From NCBI GenBank assembly GCA_035290465.1, contig DATDUI010000054.1, forward strand, positions 1 to 40,658: DNA of 40,658 bases. The letters run 5' to 3'. The position numbers and the translations under genes were made by a program. Source of the DNA: Candidatus Nanoarchaeia archaeon. Its GTDB lineage: Archaea; Nanobdellota; Nanobdellia; Pacearchaeales; GW2011-AR1. Positions 8,917 through 15,760 of this stretch are shown piece after piece; positions within the stretch are counted from its first letter, which is position 1; every line of letters starts with the position of its first letter. The notes beneath the pieces are model-generated. The model searched no databases. It was not told where the DNA came from and worked only from the letters and a program-made list of their open reading frames with translations.

Positions 8917-9693
8917 ATGGATTATGTGAAAGAGGCGTTTTTAAAAGTAAAAGAGGATATGGGTGTTTTAAAGCAAGAAATAAATTCAATGAGGGAAGAT
9001 ATAGCTTCAAGTTTATCTAAAATGCAGGAATTTGAAAAGCTGTTAAAGGATCTTCAATCAAACAATCATTCTGTTTATAATGATTCTTTCGACAGACAGA
9101 CCTTTCGACAGACAGACAGACAGATAAATTCGACAAGTTCGACAGGTTATCCAACAGATAACTATCCCTTTGAGGGCTTAAAACCCTTAAATCCTTGTGT
9201 TTCCAATGGAAACAAGGGGGTTCCAACAAACAGACAGACAAACCAACAGACAAACCAACAGATGAATTTTTTAAGCGAAAATGCCCAACTTTCTCCAGAT
9301 TTTAATCCTCTTGGGATGCAGATTCCTTTAAAATCTTCTCCTTCAATTCTCCCTCAAAATTCCATTGATAATGCAGTGAATATTTTAAACTCTTTAGATA
9401 ATTTAAAAAAAGAAATTAGATTAAAATTTAAACGTTTAACTGAACAAGAATTGCTTATTTTTTCAACAATCTATCAATTTGATGAAGAATTTGGATTTTC
9501 AGATTATCGTGGAATCTCTCAAAAATTGAATCTTTCTGAAAGTTCTATTCGGGATTATGTTCAGCGATTAATTAAAAAAGGTATTCCTATAGAAAAAAAT
9601 AAAATTAATAACAAAACTATTCAACTTTCGATTTCAAACAATCTAAAGAAAATTGCAACTCTACCGACGATATTGCAACTAAGAGATCTTTAA
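8917..9693 (+). CDS. Coiled-coil / low-complexity Q,T,N-rich linker / C-terminal winged-HTH protein
   Basis: 258 aa. The N-terminus is heptad-like (KVKEDMGVLKQEINSMREDI). The linker is encoded by GACA and 12-nt repeats (RQTFRQTDRQ, TNRQTNQQTNQQ). The C-terminus is HTH-like (LTEQELLIFSTIY...ISQKLNLSESSIRDYVQRLIKKGI). Confidence 0.7.
   Translation: MDYVKEAFLKVKEDMGVLKQEINSMREDIASSLSKMQEFEKLLKDLQSNNHSVYNDSFDRQTFRQTDRQINSTSSTGYPTDNYPFEGLKPLNPCVSNGNKGVPTNRQTNQQTNQQMNFLSENAQLSPDFNPLGMQIPLKSSPSILPQNSIDNAVNILNSLDNLKKEIRLKFKRLTEQELLIFSTIYQFDEEFGFSDYRGISQKLNLSESSIRDYVQRLIKKGIPIEKNKINNKTIQLSISNNLKKIATLPTILQLRDL
9091..9124 (+). repeat. (GACA)n tetranucleotide tracts inside the 258-aa wHTH gene
   Basis: GACAGACAGAC lies at 9091-9101 and (GACA)4 at 9107-9122. 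A further CAGACAAACCAA x2 12-nt repeat lies near 9231-9256. Confidence 0.9.
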
Positions 9694-10260
9694 AAATTAT
9701 TTTTATCTAAACAAAATCATTCTATTAAATAAATGAGTTAATCGTTTCACAGAATAACTCTTTAAATTTCCTTTTTTCTTGTTTTTTATTAAATTTTTCT
9801 CTTTCTAATGAACTTTTATAAGTTTTCCTTTTCAATCTTCTCTTTTTTCTTTAAATCCTTTTGTTTTTGTCGTCGATATCTTTGGATACATCTATTTAAT
9901 TATCTGAAAACTTTCTTTTAAGTGTTCTTAGTTAATAATTAGATATTATCTTTCATTAAAATAGTCTCACTTTTAATTTGTTTTCCTCTATTTTTACCCT
10001 TTTTTCAGGATTTTAACCAAAAATAGACATTTTTTCAATTAAAATTCCTTTTTTTAGTCTCCCTTTTTGTCATTTTCTTCTTTATTTAAGTGATTTTTAT
10101 TGGTTTTTTAATAATAGATCTTATCTTTTACTAATACTTCCTTTTAATCTCACTTTTTATCAATTTTTCATCTGTTTTTTGCTTTTTTAACTCTCACTTT
10201 TGGCTTTTTATTAGGCATTTTTAATAACAGACCTTGTCTTTTTACTAAAAATTCCCTTTT
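9694..10260 (-). repeat. Pyrimidine-skewed noncoding tract of degenerate tandem copies (~90-115 bp) of the 3' end of the 226-aa gene
   Basis: The 16-mer TTTTCATCTGTTTTTT at 10165-10180 equals 10268-10283, which is in-gene. The AAC-CTCACTTTT core recurs at 9964-9974, 10056-10068, 10147-10158 and 10189-10201, and in-gene at 10303-10315. TTAATAA-AGA-CTT-TCTTTT-ACTAA occurs at 10108-10134 and 10221-10248. Confidence 0.75.
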
Positions 10261-10941
10261 TTATTCATTTTCATCTGTTTTTTCTTGTTTTTTTGCTTTC
10301 TTAACACTCACTTTTGACTTTTTAAGCAATTTTTCTTTAATTTCTTCAGGTATGTATACCCGTTTTTTTCCATTTTTTTCTATAACTTCTTCAATTAAAC
10401 TCTCACTTTTCTGTTTTATGGTATTTATTTGGCCTCTAATTGTCGATTTTTCCTTTCCAAGCATTGCTGCAAGGTCTTCATAACTTAATCTCAACTCTGT
10501 ATTTAGCAAAATCCATAAAATTGCTCTTTCTGTTATGGAAAATTGTTCAAAATTAGGTGTTTGAACACCTGTTTGAACACCTGTTTGGACAGTGTAAACA
10601 GCTGTCTGTTTATCCAACACCTGTTTAGGTGTTTTAAACGGCTGTTGGGTTTTCATTTCTCCCATCATTGAAACAATGTTTTTTATACTTTCAATCTCTT
10701 CTTTGATAGACGATAAATCGTTTTTCAAACTTTCTATATCTTTTTTTTGGATGTTTTTTTCTGAATCAAGGTGTTTAATCCACCCGCTAACTGCGCCAAT
10801 GTCTTTTTTGACAGATTCAAAACCTTGTTTTGTATCGTCTTTTATACTTTTTATTTCTTTTTTTTGTAAAAACCAACCAAACATGGGGATATATCGTATT
10901 TTAACTTTAAAAATGTTTTGTTTTTTCGTCGTTAAAACCAT
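10261..10941 (-). CDS. Coiled-coil / repeat linker / winged-HTH protein with a lysine-rich tail (start may be the ATG at 10884)
   Basis: 226 aa with the same architecture as 8917..9693. It has a coiled coil (IESLKNDLSSIKEEIESIKN), a VQTGVQTGVQT linker, an HTH (ITERAILWILL...YEDLAAMLGKEKSTIRGQINTIKQK) and a KKSKVSVKKAKKQEK tail. Confidence 0.7.
   Translation of the reverse strand: MVLTTKKQNIFKVKIRYIPMFGWFLQKKEIKSIKDDTKQGFESVKKDIGAVSGWIKHLDSEKNIQKKDIESLKNDLSSIKEEIESIKNIVSMMGEMKTQQPFKTPKQVLDKQTAVYTVQTGVQTGVQTPNFEQFSITERAILWILLNTELRLSYEDLAAMLGKEKSTIRGQINTIKQKSESLIEEVIEKNGKKRVYIPEEIKEKLLKKSKVSVKKAKKQEKTDENE
10557..10650 (-). repeat. In-gene 12-nt repeats (GTTTGAACACCT x2 plus variants) encoding VQTGVQTGVQT
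   Basis: AACACCTGTTT occurs at 10564-10574, 10576-10586 and 10616-10626, and AAACAGCTGT near 10598-10607. This is the same word family as the intergenic palindromes. Confidence 0.85.
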
Positions 10942-10973
10942 CTTTTTTAGTATATTTTCTAATAATTTAAACC

Positions 10974-11120
10974 CTGTTTTTAAACACCTGTTTTTTTAAA
11001 AAAACACTGTTTATATAAAAATATCTCGATAAACAGGCTGTTTAAACAGGTTTAAACAGGCCAAACAACCAAATGCTTTCTCTAAATATTAATTACCTAA
11101 GGTTACCTAAGTGAATGAAG
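10974..11120. promoter_or_regulatory. Motif cluster between the 226-aa wHTH gene and the small membrane gene (motif A copies plus motif B copy 1)
   Basis: AACACCTGTTT lies at 10984-10994 and AAACAGGCTGTTTAAACAGGTTTAAACAGG at 11031-11060, which includes the 12-bp palindrome CTGTTTAAACAG at 11038-11049. TTACCTAAGGTTACCTAAGTGAATGAAG lies at 11093-11120. Confidence 0.7.
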
Positions 11121-11171
11121 CAGACAAAATAATTTGCAAAGGTTTATTAATTTTTATTTTTTTTGTCTTAT

Positions 11172-11453
11172 ATGAATAAAAATCTTCTTGATTATTTTGT
11201 TGGCGGAAAAAAATTTAAAAGCGAATTTAGAAGACAATTTCGATTATTAGTAGTAATAACTCTTGGATTTACAATCGCTTTTACCTGGCGTCAAACAGTA
11301 TTTGATATTTCACAATCCTTCATTAAGTTTATAACTCATATAGAAAATATATCTATTTCAAGCATTCTAACTTCAATTTTTATCACTCTTATAAGCATAT
11401 TTTTCATCTATTTAACTTCTCATTTCTTAAAAGACGGTGTTGAAAATTATTAG
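11172..11453 (+). CDS. Small two-helix membrane protein (paralog of 5345..5641)
   Basis: The ORF track starts at a TTG (11163); the first ATG is at 11172. Same architecture as the 98-aa protein. It is the only ORF inside the motif array. Confidence 0.55.
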   Translation: MNKNLLDYFVGGKKFKSEFRRQFRLLVVITLGFTIAFTWRQTVFDISQSFIKFITHIENISISSILTSIFITLISIFFIYLTSHFLKDGVENY

Positions 11454-11461
11454 TTAATTTA

Positions 11462-12420
11462 CTGTTTAAACAGGTGTTTAAAATAGAGATTTTATAAGGA
11501 TCTTTTTGTTAATTCTTCTGAAATTTAGTAAACTTTCTAAAAGTATTAATTATATATAAATTCATTAACCTAACCTAAGTGAATAAATTAGCTTTTTAAA
11601 CAGGTGTTTAAAACAAAGAAATTATCAATAATTTTTTTGAAGATACAAACTTTTTCTCTCGATTTTTTATTAATTTTATCTATTGGACTTAATCTTTTAT
11701 ATATTAATTTTAAGCGAAAATTTTAATATTTTGTCATAAATTTTTAATTGAAATTTATTACTTTTTCGTTGTTTAAACAGGTGTTTAACAATCAATAATC
11801 TCGAAGAAAGATTTATTTTATTTTTTATATAAAATTTAATTTTTTTATCTTTCTTAATATTTTATTTTTCTAAATAACTAACATAACCTAAGTGAATAAC
11901 CTTAAAAATTTTTCATTTGTTTAAACAGCCAATTTTATGCATTTATCTAGAGCATTCCTGAATTATATTTGAATATTTTTACTATTCTTTAATCCGATTC
12001 GTTAATCATAAGTAGATAATCTTTTATTTTGAATCTTCTAAACCTTTATGGATTTCACTAGCCTAACTTAAGTGGATGATACTAAAGATTTTTCATTATA
12101 ATTTATTAAAACAAACAGCTGTTTAAACATCCCATATTATATTTATCGAGAGAATCCCTAAAATTTATTCGAATAATTCGCTATTTACTTGAATTTATTT
12201 TCTAAATTTTTCTCTAATCATAAGTAAATAATTTTCTAAGCTTTTGTAGTTTTCATTAACCTAACCTTAGTGCACTATCTTTTGATCTTTTAATAAATTT
12301 TTTGAAAATTTTAAGTTTTAAAGGGCTAAAAATGCGTAAAATTTATATAGTTTTTCCAATAAGGCTATAATATAATTATTATAAGGGAACCCTTAATGGA
12401 AAAAACTCACCTAAGTGCAC
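11462..12420 (+). repeat. Array of alternating motif A (CTGTTTAAACAG / AAACAGGTGTTTAAA) and motif B (TTAACCTAACCTAAGTGAATAA), all co-oriented, ending in the recombinase 5' end
   Basis: Motif A: 11462-11482, 11595-11614, 11771-11790, 11919-11928, 12113-12129. Motif B: 11565-11586, 11885-11899, 12062-12077, 12256-12275, 12406-12420. The last two units (~11919-12112 and ~12113-12300) are ~190-bp tandem duplicates, which also share TAATCATAAGTA-ATAAT at 12003-12020 and 12215-12232. Confidence 0.8.
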
Positions 12421-13208
12421 GCTCTGGAACCTCTAAAATGGACTCTAATTCTCAAAATCATCCAAAAGTGGCGATTTATTCGCGTGTTTCAACTGAAGAG
12501 CAAGCAAAAGAAGGATTAAGCGTAGAAGCTCAGATAGATAAATGCAAATCTTTTTGTAATGCACGAGATTGGGAAGTCTTTAAAGTTTACAAAGACGCCG
12601 GATATTCTGCAGGTAGTTTAAATCGACCTGCTTTAGAACTTTTACTGCGTGATGCAGATGAAAACAAATTTAATATAATCTTAGTTTACAAAATTGATCG
12701 TTTCTCAAGAAAATTAAAAGATTTGATTATGGTTTTAGATGACTTAAAATCAAAAGATATTAACTTTACATCTGTTACTGAGCAAATTGATACTACCTCT
12801 GCAATGGGGGAAGCATTTTTTCAGATTATTGGTGTATTTGCCCAACTAGAGCGTGGAATGGTGAAGGAAAGAGTTGAACTAGCATTTGACAGAAAGATTC
12901 AATTTGGAGAAGCTTTATTTCGTGCTCCGCTAGGTTATACCTATCTCAACAAAAAACTTGTTCCAGACCTTGCAAATGCTCAAAAAATAATTGAAATTTT
13001 TGAGATGTGGTCCCAAAATATAAGTTACAAAGAAATTTGTGAAAAGTTCAACATTTCAACTTCAACCTTTTATCAAATTGTAAAAAATCCGGTTTATATA
13101 GGCAAAATTCAATATCGGGGCAAGCTTTATGATGGAAAACATAAGCCAATTATTGACCCTGAACTTTTTTATCAGGTAAATCCTCCTGATAAAACCTCTA
13201 AAGAATAA
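12396..13208 (+). CDS. Serine recombinase (resolvase catalytic domain plus recombinase DNA-binding domain; no zinc-ribbon or coiled-coil extension)
   Basis: VAIYSRVSTEEQ carries the catalytic Ser context. Also seen: YKDAGYSAGSLNRPAL, VYKIDRFSRK, FFQIIGVFAQLERGMVKERV, then PLGYTY..NKKLVP...YIGKIQY..GKHKPII. An alternative start is the ATG at 12438. Confidence 0.9.
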   Translation: MEKTHLSARSGTSKMDSNSQNHPKVAIYSRVSTEEQAKEGLSVEAQIDKCKSFCNARDWEVFKVYKDAGYSAGSLNRPALELLLRDADENKFNIILVYKIDRFSRKLKDLIMVLDDLKSKDINFTSVTEQIDTTSAMGEAFFQIIGVFAQLERGMVKERVELAFDRKIQFGEALFRAPLGYTYLNKKLVPDLANAQKIIEIFEMWSQNISYKEICEKFNISTSTFYQIVKNPVYIGKIQYRGKLYDGKHKPIIDPELFYQVNPPDKTSKE

Positions 13209-13245
13209 TAAAAATAAAAAAATAAATTTTAAGATTAAATTACAT

Positions 13246-13629
13246 TTAATCTTTTCTTACGTAGCAATCTTTGCAAAGTACTGGTTTATTTCCACTTGGT
13301 TTAAACGGAACTTGGCACTTTTTGTTACATTTAGCGCAAGTTGCATCGTACATTTCTCGATTACTTCTGAAATTGTCTCTTCCGCCACCAAAGCTTCTTC
13401 CACCACTACCACCACTGAAGCTTCTTCCACCACCGCCAAAACTTCTTTTAGGTTTATTTTTCCTAAAACAATCTTGACATCTAACTGGTTTACCTTCTGT
13501 GGGTTTAAATGGTACTTCACATTGAGCACCGCAATCAGTGCATTTAGCTTTGTACATTTCTCTTTCAGAAGAATCCCTCATGGATTCCTGTGTTTGCTCG
13601 ATATCTTGAGCAATTAAATCGTCTGCCAT
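13246..13629 (-). CDS. Double CxxC-x17-CxxC zinc-finger protein with a GGS/RGG-like linker (probable nucleic-acid binding)
   Basis: Two copies of EMY.A.C..C...C.VPFKP...KPV.C..C. I counted the spacing as CTDC-17-CQDC. The linker is RSFGGGGRSFSGGSGGRSFGGGRD. Confidence 0.8.
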   Translation of the reverse strand: MADDLIAQDIEQTQESMRDSSEREMYKAKCTDCGAQCEVPFKPTEGKPVRCQDCFRKNKPKRSFGGGGRSFSGGSGGRSFGGGRDNFRSNREMYDATCAKCNKKCQVPFKPSGNKPVLCKDCYVRKD

Positions 13630-13787
13630 ATTTTTTCTTATTCCTCCATTCTACTTTTATGTAGAGATATTTCTCTTATAAAGAATATAAAATGACCCTT
13701 TAAGAATCTTTACATTTTGTGATTATTGTTCTAAAATCGGCAAATACTAAGTTATTTAAATTTGCAAGAATTATTCTCTCTAAATAA

Positions 13788-13827
13788 GGTGTTTTAAACA
13801 GCTGTTTAAACAGCAAAACGGTGTTTT
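13788..13827. promoter_or_regulatory. Overlapping 12-bp palindromes AAACAGCTGTTT / CTGTTTAAACAG immediately upstream of the 180-aa gene
   Basis: GGTGTTTTAAACAGCTGTTTAAACAGCAAAACGGTGTTTT. The palindromes lie at 13796-13807 and 13802-13813, 17-34 nt upstream of the ATG at 13830. One more CTGTTTAAACAG lies at 13935-13946 inside the gene. Confidence 0.65.
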
Positions 13828-13829
13828 TT

Positions 13830-14363
13830 ATGAAAGAATGCATTAAATGTGGTTATCAATCAGAACAAAATAAAGAAAAATTTCAGGAAATTCTTTGTGA
13901 TATTTGTTATGCATTTGCCCCCAGTAGTGAAGGGCTGTTTAAACAGTATATACAAGATAAAACCAGCTGGAAATTGTTAGAAACATTTAGAAAACATTCA
14001 GAATTACGAGGAGAAACACAAAAAAAAGGCATGATCAAAAAAGCAATTGACGGAAATTTGATGTCCCGTGCCCCATTTGGTTATAACATTGAAAATAAAA
14101 AATTAATCCCTGCCGGGAATTCAAAAGAAGTAGAAGACATCTTTGAAGAATTTTTAAACTCAGGAATTAGTTTAACGCAATTATCAAAAAAGCATGGTCT
14201 ATCTGTCAACGGTCTAAAAAAAATATTAACCAATTTTACTTATTTAGGGAAGATTAAATTCAATAATCAAACACATGAAGGAACACACAAGCCCCTTATA
14301 TCTTCAATATTATTTAATCATGTTCAGGATAAACTGGAAAAATTAGGAATAAAGATTGTTTAA
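13830..14363 (+). CDS. Zinc-ribbon plus recombinase-domain protein lacking the serine catalytic domain
   Basis: The ORF track starts at a GTG (13821); the ATG at 13830 is preferred. The N-terminus has CIKC...CDIC. The C-terminal APFGYNIENKKLIP...YLGKIKF..GTHKPLI aligns with residues of the 270-aa recombinase. Confidence 0.75.
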   Translation: MKECIKCGYQSEQNKEKFQEILCDICYAFAPSSEGLFKQYIQDKTSWKLLETFRKHSELRGETQKKGMIKKAIDGNLMSRAPFGYNIENKKLIPAGNSKEVEDIFEEFLNSGISLTQLSKKHGLSVNGLKKILTNFTYLGKIKFNNQTHEGTHKPLISSILFNHVQDKLEKLGIKIV

Positions 14364-14485
14364 AATACGAATGTTTTTATACTTCTGACCACTATTAAAA
14401 TTGTGAAGCCTTATGATGAGAGGTATCTAAATCTTGAACATTTCTTTAGAAAGAATTATTTAAAAATTTTAAGGAGGATTTATAA

Positions 14486-15607
14486 ATGAAAGATAAATCC
14501 CTTAAAAAATTAATTCAAAAAGATTATGCCAATTGCTTAGCGAGATATCGTTTACCGATGGATGAAAATGTTAAAGAAGCATTAATCCCGCAAACTATTC
14601 TTGGTCATGCCATAGAAGGTCATGCAACTTTTTTTCCTAATCATTATCCCAATATAACTATCGACGAGATTTTTGAATCTCTGGGTTTTAATCCTCTTGA
14701 AAAAAGGAAATTCAGAGAAGATTTAATTTATGAAGTAAAAAATTGTTTAGAAGATTTAATCTCTGGAAAGATTGATAAATTAGTTAATAGTCGTGGAAAC
14801 CCCATTTTAGGAGCAACTTTCTTGAAAGACCATCGACTTTCTTTATCAAAAGAAACTTTTAAAGGCGCAGCTTTAGCCGGAAGAATGGATTCTGATATTT
14901 GGAGGAATCAAACTCTTTGTGATTATCCATTAACGTTAAAAGGAAATATCCTCGAAATAGGATTTGGAAAAGAATATGTCATTGATACAAACAAACTAAA
15001 CGATTTTAAACTTACCATTGAAGATTTAGCCGAAAAAGATCATTCAAAGATGATTGATTTATATCGGGCTGGGGGATTAATTGTGGAAAAAAGCGGTTAT
15101 TTAAAAGGACTTGAGAATGTTTTTATCCGAACAAATTCTGGCCTAGGTTGTTGTGATGATGCTTGTTTAATTGCAATCGGAAGGCTCCATAGTCCTGATG
15201 CATTGCTTTTAGCTTGGGCAATCGATGCAGTGGACACTTATTCTAAATGCACTATAAACTCTGTTGAAGGGGGATTTGATGAATGGCTTGGAAAAGAACT
15301 TGAAAAAAAATGGTCTGAAAAATATAATGAAGAATTAGTTACAAAAGAAGAAACAACAGAGATAATTTACCTTGGTGCAAAGAGAAACGATCCAGCAATT
15401 ACCTTTTCATCTTCACACAGAAGGTTTAACGAAATGGGTTTAAATCAATTATATCCAACAATTTTAAATCATTATAACTTTGCAAAGGATGGAACAAGAT
15501 CTCCAAAATATTCTTTAGGATTTGATCAAACATCCAGCAAACATTTTTATAAAATCATGGAAGAAAGGTTTGAGTTATTTGGAAAAGGAAGTCTGAAAAA
15601 ACAGTAA
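14486..15607 (+). CDS. Conserved hypothetical protein, tandem paralog A (family not recognised)
   Basis: 373-aa ORF with a strong SD-like AAGGAGG 7-8 nt upstream. Long blocks are shared with paralog B: LIPQTI-GHA-EGH, LSKETFKGAALAGRMD, GLGCCDDA, DAVDTYSKCT, EGGFDEW, IIYLGAK, SSSHRRFNE, QLYPTILNH. Confidence 0.85.
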   Translation: MKDKSLKKLIQKDYANCLARYRLPMDENVKEALIPQTILGHAIEGHATFFPNHYPNITIDEIFESLGFNPLEKRKFREDLIYEVKNCLEDLISGKIDKLVNSRGNPILGATFLKDHRLSLSKETFKGAALAGRMDSDIWRNQTLCDYPLTLKGNILEIGFGKEYVIDTNKLNDFKLTIEDLAEKDHSKMIDLYRAGGLIVEKSGYLKGLENVFIRTNSGLGCCDDACLIAIGRLHSPDALLLAWAIDAVDTYSKCTINSVEGGFDEWLGKELEKKWSEKYNEELVTKEETTEIIYLGAKRNDPAITFSSSHRRFNEMGLNQLYPTILNHYNFAKDGTRSPKYSLGFDQTSSKHFYKIMEERFELFGKGSLKKQ

Positions 15608-15760
15608 CTGTTTTAGAGTACTAACAAAAACGCAATATTTTTAAATATCTAAATTTTGTAAGAATATGTTGGAAAAGATTAACACTTCCCGAAAATCTTC
15701 TGTCGATAATAAATTTCTTATTAAGAATAATCTTTTTGTATCTTTAAGGGGGAAAGTTAA

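Noticed and set aside
9017-9253. 78-aa minus-strand ORF inside the 258-aa wHTH gene
   Set aside because: It is held open by the GACA and CAGACAAACCAA repeats, and it has no independent coding evidence.
9863-9875. 13-mer GTTTTTGTCGTCG shared between 9863-9875 and 31993-32005 (upstream of gyrB)
   Set aside because: It is a single short match with no extended flanking similarity. I cannot assess its significance without a genome-wide word count.
10676-10999. 107-aa plus-strand ORF antisense to the 226-aa wHTH gene
   Set aside because: It is a poly-Phe/Ser low-complexity translation of the antisense of a lysine- and glutamate-rich gene.
11454-12395. Possible CRISPR array
   Set aside because: The repeats are two different alternating motifs. 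They are degenerate and irregularly spaced (about 140-470 bp between B copies). Spacer-sized unique units are absent, and no cas genes are in the window.
13290-13510. GTTTAAAC-like words inside the CxxC gene (near 13295 and 13500)
   Set aside because: They encode the repeated peptide VPFKP on the minus strand. The resemblance to motif A is explained by coding constraint.
13257-13617. Three extra ORFs overlapping the CxxC-x17-CxxC gene (13257..13529 minus, 13271..13477 plus, 13312..13617 plus)
   Set aside because: They are open only because of the GGN/NCC repeat that encodes the GGS/RGG linker. Only the 13246..13629 minus frame gives the duplicated zinc-finger pattern.
14384-14420. Possible C/D-box sRNA (CTGA at 14384-14387 and ATGATGA at 14413-14419)
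   Set aside because: Only one box of each type is present. The order and spacing are wrong for a C-D'-C'-D layout, and there is no terminal stem.
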